A stretch of 64,000 nucleotides of DNA from the human T2T-CHM13v2.0 reference genome, Homo sapiens. Shown piece by piece: positions 24,790 through 38,470 of this stretch. The translations under genes were made by a program, and so were the position numbers. Below the pieces are notes generated by a model. The model was not told the DNA's origin. It searched no databases and saw only the letters and a program-made list of their open reading frames with translations. The stretch is taken from the NCBI RefSeq assembly GCF_009914755.1, contig NC_060926.1; one strand, 5' to 3'. Within the stretch, counting starts at the first letter, position 1. Every line of letters starts with the position of its first letter.

Positions 24790-25420
24790 TTCTCACCAAG
24801 TTGACCTTAATGTTCCCCTCAGCTTGATTAAACGTTAGACAGGCTTCTACCTGCTCACAGGTCTCTGACTTCCCTTAGAGCATTTACTTTATAAAATTCG
24901 CAATTGGAGCTGGGCATGGTGGCTGATGCATATAATCACACTTTGGGAGGCCGAGATGGAAAGATCCCTTGAAGCCAGGAGTTCAAGACCAGCCTGGGAA
25001 ATATAGTGAGACCCCATCTCTACAAAAACAAAAAAAAATTAATAGCTTGGCATGGTGGCATACACCTGTAGTCTCAGCTACTCAGGAGGCTGAGGCAGGA
25101 GGATCCCTTGAGCATGGGAGTTTGAGGCTACAGTGAACTATGATCTTGTTAAAGCACTCCAGCCTGGGTGACAGGGTGAGACTCTGTCTTAAAAAAAAAA
25201 AAAATTCAATTGCACGTTTTTATATGCCCCTTTGAGATGTAAATGTTTTATGACTCAAGAATGTCTTTCTCAAGGACCTGGAAACCATCCCTTTGAAATG
25301 TAATCATCAAGAAAGATACTCCTCCTATCTCCTAGTCTCTGTGGAAGGGTAGGAGCCTAACTTCCAATATGGACAATTAGCAAACACAGATGACCTAATC
25401 ACATTGACTAACCTCCTGCT
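24790..25420 (+). mobile_element. ERV1 LTR (MER67/MER31-like) interrupted by AluJ
   Basis: cttagagcatttactt...gcccctttgagatgtaaat...aaggacctggaaaccatccctttgaaatgtaatcatcaag. Confidence 0.6.
24907..25203 (+). mobile_element. AluJ
   Basis: divergent Alu dimer with poly-A; imperfect TSD aaaattc(gc)aattg. Confidence 0.85.
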
Positions 25421-26716
25421 GGGTTCTTCCACAAGATGATCCGAGAGCAATGGGAGAAAGGAAATAAGAAGTCTAATAGAGCATCCATGCTTTCCAAGGT
25501 TCAAAATTAGACTTACGAGTTGGGGTGGACCAGGGAGGATGTGACCAAGACACAGTGGCATGAAAAGACAAAAGGCCCTATGAAATAAAATTCCCTGGAG
25601 ATTCTGGGCTGCTGACTCAGGGTTTGGGGCTGGAAGAGCATATGGCTATGTCCCGTGCTTTGGGGGACAATGACCAGCCTTGTGAGAGTCCCCTAACAGA
25701 ACGGTAGTCCTAGAGTCCAAGCTTGGGCACACTGTGTCCTGTGCATGGACCAGGCACTATAAGCATCGGGAACCAACAGCAACAGCAACACCTTGTGGCT
25801 CCAAGAGACAATGGCCATGGAAGCCTCTGCTTGGCTTTTGATAGACAGGGTTGGTTCCCCTCATTCAAACAGATGAGCCCCAGAGTTTTTAGGCAGTTAG
25901 AGGTTGAGATGCGGGATAGGTGAACTTCAAGTGGAAGATAATGGACTTCCTGCTCATAGCACAGCTGCTCAAACAAGTGATTTTTAAAAGTAAAGAGATT
26001 TTAATGCATTTAAAGAGGAAAGTACACTGACATTTCTGAGCTGGTCATCCAACATAGTTTTTAGATTTTTTTTTTTTTTAATGAAAATAGACATGTGACA
26101 AAAAAGTACTTCTTTCTTTTCTAGAGACATAGAAGAAATATTTTTGAAGGTGTGGAAACCAGAACTCAATCACAATTGGATGGGTGGAGATGGAAGTTTT
26201 CAGCTGGAATAATTTCCAAGCTCATGTCTTCTCTCTACCGGATATGACTTAGTTTATTATAATAATAACACTGAGAGCCCTGACTAGGGCCCTGGGAAAC
26301 CTCTAAGAAGCTCCAGCTGTTCAGTCACTTTGGCCATCAGTTACTTTGTTCAATAGTTGAAGGAGGCAGCAGCGTTAGAAGCAGTGAATCTGCCTTGGCG
26401 TCAACAAAGGTTCTCTGCTTCAGATGGAATTCTTAAAGTTACCTAAGATTTATTAGGTAATAATAGGCAGACTCAAATTACCAGGAATTTTATTTTTAAC
26501 TTAACAAGTCTTATCACACAGATAAGACATCTCTATAGAAAAATTATAAAAGAAAACATCCCATAATCTCACCACCTATTGATAAGCACAATAGTATTGT
26601 CAATATTCTAATGTAGATATTTCTAAACTTTTATAAAAATATATACTTTTAACAAAGTAGATTCACAATGTATATCCCATTAGGTAAAACTTTTTTCTCT
26701 TAGTACATCAAACTTT

Positions 26717-27037
26717 TTGTTGTCGTTGTTTTGTTTTTATTTTTTACAGATAGGGTCTCACTCTGTCACCCAGGCTGGAAAGCAGTGGCACAATCATACC
26801 TCACTGCAGGCTCAACCTCCCAAGCTCAAGTGATCCTCCCACCTGAGCCTCCCAAGTAGCTGGGACTACAGCTAGGCATGGTGGTGCATGCCAAATTACT
26901 ATTATTAATATTTATTATTGGGTTTTTTTTGTAGAGACGAGATCTCTCTATGGTCCCGAACTTCTGGCCTCAAGCGATCCTCCTGCCTCAGCCTCCCAAG
27001 GTGCTGGGATTACAGACATGAGCCACTGCACCCAGCC
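26717..27037 (-). mobile_element. AluJ
   Basis: agatagggtctcactctgtcacccaggctgg...gagccactgcacccagcc. Confidence 0.85.
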
Positions 27038-29526
27038 ATAAAATCTTTTCATAGGCAGTAAATATAGATATGCTACATTACACTAACTGAACACAGTAGT
27101 TTGAGAAATTTCTACAGACTCTTTAACAACTATTCAGACGTATGTATATACACAGTAACATGCACAATATTTTCATTTTTAACTTATGGAATTTAACTCT
27201 TCTTTGTGACACAGCTGTACCATTTTGTGAGTCTGCACTAAGGGTACATGTGACAATGGGGAGTTGTCATTTTTTTATCTTTTTTTATGCCTTACAACTC
27301 AACCTCCATTCCCAATCACTGTATCAAGAAGAAAGGAGACAGTCTCACACAAAGCATTCAAATATCCCATCGTTCTGCAGTCATTAGTAAGAAGCATATT
27401 TCAATGTGACAGCTGGATGACATCTCACCCTCTCTATTAGGATGGAGAGGAGAGGATGCCCATTTCCAGGAGGAGGGCTGCATGCCTGATGTGTGAAACC
27501 TATCAACTGATCTTTTAGACCCCGTCTATTTCTTTACATCATCTGCACTCTGTTAAATCATTTCACCCCCACTAGACAACCAAGTAATATCTCCACCAAA
27601 CCTCAGCATGCTCTGTTCTCCAGCCCCACTTCTACTGCTGGGTTGTCTTAAACTTTCTTAAATTAAAAGACAAGAAACAAGCTTTCACTCCCAGAAGCCA
27701 GTAGGCCTCCTGCTGCTTTTGAATGAAGCATCTCTGACCTTACCATAAATATATTAAGCAAAGAAAGGTTAAAAATCCACTGAGGGGAACATGGTCAGCC
27801 ATGAGTCATTTATGCCCTGGGGTGAAATGAGAAGTCATAAATTAAGGTAAATCAATTCCAATGGTGTATCAGAGGAGAGGAAAGACATGAAAATCTCAGG
27901 CTGCCTCATTACTAATATAGGATCTGTGCGTGGTGAGTAAGTCTCCAAAGATGTGGAAGTTAAGTGGAGAGAGGAAGAGAACCTGCTCTGAGAGGAATGG
28001 GTAGGGATACTTTAGCCAGCAATGATTTCCGCATAATTATTGTGATTCATAAACAAATAGACGAAAGCAAATTTTTGAAACCACACTACTTGAGCTAAAG
28101 CTAATTTCAAGCCCCCCTCGAAAATTAATTTCAAGCCCCCTGTTATATGTGCATATGACAGATGTGGGATTGATTATACATTCTGTGACTCTGCCATGCA
28201 TTACCTAAGATGACCCCAAACTCAAAGGCCCTTATGCCTTCCAAAGCTCAGCTGCCATTCATCACTATTTCTTGGGTGAACTGACTTATTCAATGGCATA
28301 AGAAAAATATCTGGCTCCTAGACTCTTACATCGCCTTCCTGCCATTCAAAAGTTCTCTTATTAGTCATATTGACCAAAAAAAAATGCACATGCTATGAGT
28401 ACATTTAGTTATTACCTATCAATCAAAATGTGGCCCCTGGTCCTGCCCAACTCCCTATACTTCTGTTTTATATTCTTTCAAAAAATCTTTATTAATAAAG
28501 GCAATTCATCAAGTGTAAAAATAAATGCAACCATACCTTTTAGATGTCTTCCATGTAAAGCAACACAAATCAGACAAAATACTACATGGGATTAAGTTTC
28601 CAGGTGAAATCTGATGAGAAGTATTCAAATCTACACATCTGGGAATATCAATGAATTCCAAGTAGACAGAGGCCACAATTAAAGTTTCAGCCTCTTGAGC
28701 TGTTTCACTGGTCTGTAGGCTCCATGAGAGTTGAAACAATGTCTGAGTTGTTTACCACTGTATCCCCAGCACCAAGCACAGTGGCATAGAGTGAATATTT
28801 ACCAAATAGTGGTATGTAGAAGAGAGGAAGGAAAGGAGGGAGGGAAGGAGGGAAAAAAAAAAGAGTGATTGGAGGAGGGAAGCACAGGAGTGGAGCAAGC
28901 CACATGACTTTTTCTTTAAAAATAACTACTTCGTTCTTTTGGTGAAAAATGATTCATAATTATTATAAAAATTTGAGCCATGCAGAAAAATACAAAGAAG
29001 AAAAAAAATCACCCCAAACCTTGTCACAAAGAATAAGTATCATTAGCATTATATGAACAAATTTTCAGCCATTTTCTATGAACATATACAAATAAAAGCA
29101 CTAACACACTTATATCATCATCTTATAAACCTGAATCATACTGTGCATTCTATCACTTTGATTTAAGCTAGCCCAAATGAGCCTCCCTCCCCAGCAGTCA
29201 GTTTTCTGATCTTGGTAACTAAAATTGAACACACTGAAATGTAATGACTATGGCTCTGTCACTGGGCCTCTCAGGTGTGGCTGGTCTGCGTGACAGGTAT
29301 CACTGCCCCAGGGCAACAGACTGCCACCAAACTGACACAGCCCTGATCAACTTCAGCATTTCAGCAACAAATGAATCATTAGACTGGCATCAATGTCACT
29401 GACCAGGACATAACACAAATAGGGCCAAATCAGACTTACCTTGGCAGACTAAAAAGCTGACATAATATCTGTTTTCCATCTAGTTTTATATAAAATGATA
29501 ACAAATAAAATAGCTATCAGTGTACC

Positions 29527-29932
<406 letters not shown>

Positions 29933-30677
29933 CTAGGGGTGATAATTGAGTTTGAGATGAGGAAGTGATGTGGACATGCTGAGCTTATTCCTCCTCTCTT
30001 CCACATCTGACTCCCAGCAAAGACATTTCCCTGGTCCACCACCCTTGAGGTATATGGCACACAGCAGGAAAAACTCTGCCCCACGTGGAAAGGACTGCAG
30101 TCATCCAATGCAGCCTAAGATTAGGTGAGTAATTCTGATTCCATGGTTCAATAGTTAGAAGCTCAGACCTAAGCTTTTTCATATAGCCATATCAGCAACA
30201 AAACCAACATTTTGATCTTCATTAGACTCCTTTCTTGATTGGATTAAAACTTGAGACAGGAAATGAGAGTGTAATTTATTAGCTCTTCCTACACCAAAAT
30301 CCTATAATATACATCAAACTCTTATTCCATAACTGCTTTGGTTTATTTCAATATATAATCTACAGAACACATTGGGTACTGATTAAGAAATCAATTCATA
30401 TGTATCAATTCATGCTTACACATATATATGTGCATTAAATATATGAAGATATGTCTATAATCATCTGAGTTATTTGCACTTTATCAATTTTAATGAAATA
30501 GTCACACTTTCTAAGAATGCAGCAATGTTTTTCTACTACCACAGAACTTGAAGTTAGAAGATGCTATACATACATAGAGAGATAAACAGATGTATATATA
30601 AGAATTTCTGGTCTTCAAACCTCCTTTCAAAACTCACACTCATTGTTATTATACATGAATATAAAAAGTTTCTAAAA

Positions 30678-30882
30678 CAAGGATCAGCAAAGTATAGCCC
30701 ACAGGCCAAATTCAGCCTGTTACTTATTTTTTTATAAATAGAGAGCTAAAATGATGGGTTTTAGATTTTTTAAATATTAGAAAAACAAAAGTTATGCAAC
30801 AAAGACTATGCATGGCCCACAAAACCTAAAATATTTACTATCTGCTTTTTTTCACTTAAAAAAAAAAGCTTGCCAAATCCTG
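30678..30882. mobile_element. MER58-type DNA transposon
   Basis: cagcaaagtatagcccacaggccaaattcagcc...tggcccacaaaacctaaaatatttactatctg. Confidence 0.7.
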
Positions 30883-30974
30883 TTCTAGACCAACTCTTTC
30901 TCAACACACACACACATAAACACACACACACAAATATTCTTGTCTCCTACCCTAAGGTTAATTCTAGGTCCTAT

Positions 30975-31225
30975 TAGTGGAGGATAATGGTTAGAAGCAT
31001 GAAATTAAACAAACTTGAGTTCAAACCCAAGCTTTGACATGATTTGCTACGTGACTTTATGCAAGTTACTTTGCTTCTCTGAGTATCAACTTCCTGGTCT
31101 TTAAAAGAGAATAATAATGTGCCTAGTTGATAAGAGTTTCAGGTAAAGCTTTAAAAACATAAATGTAAAGAAATCAGGGTAACGCCTGTCATGTGGAAGT
31201 GCTCAATAAATTAGTTACTATTACT
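30975..31225 (+). mobile_element. MIR SINE
   Basis: gagttcaaaccc...gtgactttatgcaagttact...gtgctcaataaattagttactattact. Confidence 0.65.
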
Positions 31226-32359
31226 CAAATCTAGTTATATTAATACATTTCTTGTTCTATATACACTCAAATTTAACCATTCCTGCTCCCACAATCTACC
31301 CCAGATATAAATTATAATATTTCTCATGTATCTAAAATCAACTGTTCCATACAGCTAGAGGCAGTCAGAAAATAAATATAAATGTTCCCATAAATACAGT
31401 CCTTTCAATTTTTCTACGGAAACAAGTGTAAAGCTATTAGTAATGCTGAATTCAAATATTTCAGAGAAAAATACTATAGCATAGAGAAGCTTGGTCAAGG
31501 TGACCAGCAACCCTCCCTAACATGTGAAAACTCCATAGAATACTTCATTGCAATTGGATTTTTGTACAAAATAATTTAGTGTGAGGGCAACCAGCTCCTT
31601 ACACAAAACAAAGGCCAAATGAATAATCATGCTCTGAATTAGACAACTACAGACCTAAGTGTTCACAGTTAAAAATAATACAGAGGTGACTTAGCATGTG
31701 TTTCTGTTTTGAGCTCACACAAAAGGCTTCTTTTAAAAACTGTTTCGGTGTCTTTTGACCTTGTTGCAGAAGTTTTTAAACCTTTTGTCCCTGCCCTCTT
31801 GAACTAGCCCATATCCAACACTTGTTCTCACACTGAACTCAATCATAGCTCTTCCAAAAATATATTCAATAGAAGTAGCTTCCCTTAAGGCACTGCCTGA
31901 CTTGTGTCTTTATCCTTTGACAAGGAAAGCAAGAAAGAGTTGCTACTCAACTTTAGGCAATATTTGTGGTGATAGCAGAGGGGTTTTATCTCTACCCTAA
32001 GCCCAGAAGATTCTCTCAATCCTTTCTTGCAGCATCATGTAACACATTATTCTTCGGAATTCCCAAGAACTGAGAAGTCTGCGTATAAACAGACTCCAGA
32101 GGCCAATTACTGATGGTAACAAGTTACATTTGTATAGCAGGTATTAAACTCATGTTTGAAACTCATATGTTAAAAAATATGGCATTTTTATTTTTGACCA
32201 CTTAAAATTCCTATTTCAACCTGCCATTCTGAAGGAGTGGAGAAAACATCATCTTAATGACCTCTTTCCCAAGGTGACCCATGATTTCAGGAGAGTGGGG
32301 CACATACATTTGCCAAGGGGGCCAGGAGGAGGGTCTGTCATGGTTGGAGCAGCTGAGAG

Positions 32360-32600
32360 GAGCAAGTAGTTAAGAGTGTACAGAGCCAGATTGACTGGGT
32401 TTCATTGGCTCTGCCAGTCACTAGCTATGAGACCATGGGTGAGTCACTTAACCTTCTGTGCCTCAGTTTTCTCATCTGTGAACTGGGTTATCACCTATGT
32501 CACAGGGTTATCATGTGGATTAAGCAAGTTAACATTCATAAAGCGCTTGGACAGCCTTTAGTGCTTGGTAAGCACTGTAGAAATATTTGTTAAATAAATA
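32360..32600 (+). mobile_element. MIR SINE
   Basis: tcacttaaccttctgtgcctcagttttctcatctgtgaactggg. Confidence 0.75.
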
Positions 32601-33251
32601 ATAAATACCTTCCTGTCATGAAGGCGTCTGCTGAGGCCCCTACCTGGCCCTGACTCAGTCTGCCATCCAAGCATGAGATATCCCTCATACCTGTTCGAAT
32701 AGTCCCATCAGTCCAGTGGATCTCTCTGCTACTACTCACTCTTGAGAGCAAAGGAATGATCCTACTTCCATGTCCAGTAAGGATGGAGAAAATCCCTGGG
32801 AGGCTGTATTCATACCCAACACACTAATGCAAGTCATAATTATATAAACATATCCAACATGGGGCAATTATTCTAGCTGTAATCCCCCCATGTCTTCAAA
32901 GAATGCCAACGTTTTTCTGTTTCATGAGAAAAAAAAACACCATGCAAATGTTAAACCAGAACTCAAAATTTACTGTCTCTAAAATCAAACAGAAAGAAAA
33001 ACAAACCCATTTATTCAAACACTTGAGATTTTCCTGTCTTCCACAAAGGGATGCCATTTCAGTAAAAAAATGGTTTGACTCCATCCCAAAAATCCCTCAA
33101 GGTAAAACGTTGTAACTTAGATGCTTCTAATTAGACAAACTTCAAAGAGATATTGGCTGAGAAAAATCCCAAAGTATATTTCCAAACTGTGGAGACAGGT
33201 TTCTAAACTCATAATGTTTTACATTAATATGAAATACACAGTCTTCTAGAT

Positions 33252-33564
33252 CTGAGCTGTCCAATACTGTGTAACCAATAGCCACATGTGGCTACTGAGT
33301 ACTTCAAACACTGAAAGTCCAAATTAAGATGTGCTGTAACTATAAAATAAATATCAGATTCAGGAACTTAGTATGAAAAAAGGGAATGTAAAATATCTCA
33401 ATTTGTTTATATTGATTACATGTTGAAATGACAATATTTGGGATATATTGGCATAAATAAAATTTAGCTGATATTAATTTCACCTTTTTCATTTTTTAAA
33501 TGAAACCACTAGAAAATTTAAGATTACAGATGTGACTCACATTATATTTTATTATAAAGCACTG
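33252..33564. mobile_element. MER33 DNA transposon
   Basis: gctgtccaata...tagccacatgtggcta...atattgattacatgttgaaatga; flanked by tctaga-containing target duplications. Confidence 0.75.
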
Positions 33565-34131
33565 ATCTAGACAATATAGGACCAACCCTGTGTATTAATT
33601 CAGAGTAAACATATTTCTAAATAATAAATCTGTCAACTAGTCATTATCTTTTGATCTTAGAAAAAAGTATATATTCTTTGCTGTTTTCTCACTGTAGAAG
33701 GGGCCAAACTTGAACTATTTGTTCCTTTGAGTAGCCTAGGAAATGCTAATACTGTTTTATTTATGTTTTTTTCTTCAATTTTTTAATTATTTTATTCCAT
33801 TTGAGTTCATGTAGTCACTTACTCTAAAAATTTAGAGTAGTAATCTATAGTAATTTTTATTACCAACTATATCCAAGGCTTCTTCATTTCTATTCATTGC
33901 TATTCCAACAGACTGTTATTCATAATAGATTAAAAACCTGGAACCACTATGACTAGAATCAATAGCTTCGGTTTGACAATAACCAAGAGGTAAAAGTTTT
34001 TTGACAATCATATTTCACATGTCTGGCCCTGTAGTATCCCAAGAGAAAGTTCTATGGTTATTCTGTTGCCTGCACTCCAAAACCAGTGAAGCCCACAATA
34101 GGGCTAACAATTCTTTAGTCATTTTATTTTG

Positions 34132-34759
34132 GTTTTTTTGTTTGCTTGTTTTTATTTTTTTATTATACTTTAAGGTTTAGGGTACATGTGCACAATGTGT
34201 AGGTTTGTTACATATGTATACATGTGCCATGTTGGCGTACTGCAACCATTAACTCTTCATTTAACATTAGGTATATCTCCTAATCCTATCCCTCCCCCCT
34301 CCCCCCACCATCTCACACCAGTTAGAATGGCGATCATTAAAAAGTCAGGAAACAACAGGTGCTGGAGAGGATGTGGAGAAATAGGAACACTTTTACACTG
34401 TTGGTGGGAATGTAAACTAGTTCAACCCTTGTGGAAGTCAGTGTGGCGATTCCTCAGGGATCTAGAACTAGAAATACCATTTGACCCAGCCATCCCATTA
34501 ATGGGTATATACCCAAAGGATTATAAAACATGCTGCTATAAAGACACATGCACACGTATGTTTATTGCAGCACTATTCGCAATAGCAAAGACTTGGAACA
34601 AACCCAAATGTCCAACAACGATAGACTGGATTAAGAAAATGTGGCACATATACACCATGGAATACTATGCAGCCATAAAAAATGATGAGTTCATGTCCTT
34701 TGTAGGGACATGGATGAAGCTGGAAACCTTCATTCTCAGCAAACTATCACAAGGACAAA
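34132..34759 (-). mobile_element. Young L1PA, 5'-truncated with inversion (twin priming)
   Basis: poly-T plus antisense 3'UTR at 34132-34309, sense ORF2 segment 34307-34759; perfect 15-bp TSD agtcattttattttg (34117-34131, 34760-34774). Confidence 0.92.
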
Positions 34760-34944
34760 AGTCATTTTATTTTGTCAGTGAAACTTCCCGTTCCATTCCT
34801 CTCCACAGGCGTTACAAGCCTTTCCTATCTCTTGCAGGCCCATCTTCACCAAATCCTGTGTCAGTGCCCGCCTCTCCTACCAGCCTGTTGGATAGCTCCT
34901 CCTGGGTGTTTCCTCCACAAAACTTACCCACATTCCACTTGTAG
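34186..34944 (+). other. Chimeric 252-aa ORF containing L1 ORF2p C-terminal Cys-rich domain (TE-derived, expression unknown)
   Basis: [36 protein letters not shown]...LSKLSQGQK is the ORF2p C-terminus; start from antisense L1 3'UTR, tail from flank. Confidence 0.5.
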
Positions 34945-35129
34945 CATGACTCAATCTAGGTGGGATTCACCTTTTACTATTCTTTCAATGATCTGTCCTA
35001 TCACGTTCAGTAAAATCAGTTCACTATTCCCCAAGGGCTCCCTTTTCCTTTGTCTATAGAATCTCTGTGGTCCAGATGCTCCTGAGACCTATTACGCACT
35101 TCGGAGTAGGAAAGAAAAAGTAAGCTTTC

Positions 35130-35512
<383 letters not shown>

Positions 35513-36040
35513 TCAGCAGCCTTTTGTAACTAGGCCTCTAATTTGAGAAGGTATAGCTGAATTACATGCTAATATAATTGCCAGTACATGCCAATAAGTA
35601 TTGTGGGCTCAAATGGTCTTAGAACAAGCAGAAGTAGGACATGCTTCATTATCATTATTGGGTCAGCAGATCCCTGAGTGGAGAGTTACTCATTTTGACT
35701 GGCCCTCAGAGGTGTCCACAGGCCTTCAAAGAGCCATTGGTCTGTAGCTTTATTTATGCACAGAAGGTTTATCCAAGAAAAATCAGGTTCTCAAAAGAAA
35801 AAACCAAGATGTGATAAAGCCTGAATTTCCTTCTATTAAACTAAACCATTACACTCCTTGGGTTACACACATGTGGATACGCAATCAGGCACACACTTAG
35901 CACTTACTGAACGTCAAGCAGACATTAATTGCATGCTCCAGTGTAAACTTTAGATACACAACGGACTGGATTAATTCTACTACATCTGTGTGCCAAAATA
36001 AAAACCAGATTTTCGTCTGAGACCAGAAAGGGGACATTGT

Positions 36041-36684
36041 TGTCAGAGGCATTCAAACCAGAATGACTCCATCTGGAATAGGGGCTGGGTAAAATGAAGC
36101 TGAGACTTACTGGGCTGGATATCCACAAAGTTAGGCATTCTTAGTCAAGGGATGAGGTATGAGGTCAGCACAAGATATAGGTCATAAAGACCCCGCTGAT
36201 AAGACAGGATGCATTAAAGAAGCGAGCTAAAATCTGCCAAAACCAAGATGGTGACAAAAGTGACCTCTAGTGTCCTCACTGTTCATTATGTACTAATTAT
36301 AATGCATTAACATGCTAAAAGACACTCCCCCCAGCACCATGACAGTTTACGAAGGCCAAGGCAACATCTAGAAGTTGCCCTATATGGTCTAAAAAGATGA
36401 AGAACCCTCAGTTCTGGGAAATCTCCACCCCTTCCCCAGAAAACTCATGAATAATCAACCTTTGTTTAGCATATAATCAAGAAATAACCATAAAAATAGC
36501 TAACCAGCAGCCCTCAAGGCTGCTCTGCCTATGGAGTAGCCATTCCTTTGCTTCTTACTTTCTTAATAAACGTTCTTAATAAGCTTTCTTACACTCTACT
36601 CTGTGGACTCAACCCAAGTTCTTTCTTGCACAAGATCCAAGAACCCTCTCTTGGGGTCTGGATCAGGACCCCTTTTCGATAACA
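36041..36684 (+). mobile_element. MER41B solo LTR (ERV1)
   Basis: tgtcagaggcattcaaaccagaatgactccatc...ggggtctggatcaggacccc...aaca; ~640 bp; TSD ttgt/ttat. Confidence 0.85.
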
Positions 36685-36719
36685 TTATGAAGGATTTTTT
36701 TCATTGGCTTTCATTTAAA

Positions 36720-36910
36720 GCAGTACTTCTTAACACTTAGATTGTGGAAGAATGGCTGAGTGCTTGTTAAAATGCAGATTCTCGGTTTGAATCAGGAGGT
36801 CTAGGGTGGGCCCCAAATACATACATTTGTAACAATCTCCAACTGACTTTGATGCAAGAACCAAGGGATTCTGATGTGGCTAGGACAATGCTCTTAGAAA
36901 CTCTGATTTG
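36720..36910. mobile_element. MER5-type DNA transposon
   Basis: gtgcttgttaaaatgcagattc...gaatcaggaggtctagggtgggccc. Confidence 0.6.
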
Positions 36911-36982
36911 AAACATGGGCTCTAATGTACCACACACTAAATTTGATCCCAAAATGACACATGGACATAGTTTAAGAAAGGG

Positions 36983-37548
36983 TGTTACAGTTAATTTTAT
37001 GTGTCACCTTGACTAAATTAAGGAGTGGCCAGATGGCTGGTAAAACATTATTTCTGGGTGTGTCTGCGAAGGCGTTCCCAGAAGAGATTAGCATCTGAAT
37101 CAGTAGAGTAAAGAAGACCCACCCTCATCAATGTGGACAGCTATCATCCAATTCAGTGAGGGCCTGAGTAGAACAAAAATATGGCGGGGGAGGGCACACT
37201 CTTCTGGAGCTAGGATATCCATCTTCTCCTGCCCTGGGACGTCAGAGCTCAAGGCTTTCAGGGCTTTGGACTCAAACTTATACGAACACCTCCATTTTCC
37301 TCCAACATGTACTCTGTCCCCCACCTCATTCTCAGACCTTTGGCCTCAGACTGGGAGTTACAGCACTGGCTCCCCTGGTTCTCAGGCTTTTAGACTTGGA
37401 CTGAATTACACCACCAGCCCTCCTGGTTCTCCAATTTGCAGATGGCAGATTGTGGGGCTTCTCAGCCTCCATAATCTTGTGAGCCAATTCCCATAATAAA
37501 TCTCATATATATCCTATTGATTCTATTTCTCCAGAGAACCCTGTAGTC
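36983..37548 (+). mobile_element. MLT2B (ERVL) solo LTR
   Basis: gttaattttatgtgtcaccttgac...ggtaaaacattatttctgggtgtgtc...ttctatttctccagagaaccctg. Confidence 0.85.
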
Positions 37549-38470
37549 AAGGGAAAGAGATATAATGAGACAGTTTCCAAAAATGTTATTTCCAAAGAAT
37601 AAACCCGAGTCTCTTGGCACATCTGTGCTGCTTCTTCAGTAAAGCACATAAAGTTTTAAAAATGCCTCATTCTGCAAAATGTGACCAGAAGTGTATTTGT
37701 ACAGAGGCTTAGTGAATCTGTCATTCTTAAATTCTATCATGCACTTTGGGAAAAGGGAGGGCAATTTCTCACTGTCCCCAGTGAGAGAAGGACCTTATTT
37801 TATTAAAATAAGAAAACTGGCTGGGAATTCGAAGTGAGAGTGTGTCTGATACTATGTTAATTCACAAGCCCTGAAGTGTTTTAGCAATCCAACACAAGGA
37901 TAGGGAGTACTTCAGGGAGATGAGTGTTCTTTTTTGTGGAATTCATGCCTTTCCAGCACCCGAAAGCCAGGATGAGATTTTTTCAAGTTCTGTGTTGCTT
38001 TTAGGAAACAGACATCCTAAAAATAGATAAATGAGGATTTGCTTGAGTTTGAAAGAGTAACTTTGTGTCTACACTTACAAAGGCCCAAGCTGAGCTAGAG
38101 AACAGTACTAGAAGCTTTTCAATAAAGCTAAAAAGGGAAGTACAAATATCTCCTAGGTGAGAACAAGGTTTAAAAAAGAAGTAAAGAAAAAAAAAAAAGT
38201 AGAAAAAATCCAGAAAGGCTGAGACAAAGATAAGTTTCTTTGGAGAGTAGCTTTAGCCTTCTTAGTTGGCACTTGCTCTAATAAGGATTTTTTATCTTTA
38301 GTTTTCCTACTTCTTCATTGTGGCTGTCATTATCTCGCACTTTGTTCTCTATTTTGGTCAACTAGAAAGAGCTGAGCCTGGGACCAGAAAAACACCTGAT
38401 TACTATTATTGTTGTGTGCTGAAATGTGTCCCTCTCAAAAAATCACATGTTAAAACCTAACCCCTAGTAC

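Noticed and set aside
33822-33837. CTCTAAAAATTTAGAG repeated at 47012-47027
   Set aside because: One shared AT-rich 16-mer in 64 kb is within chance expectation.
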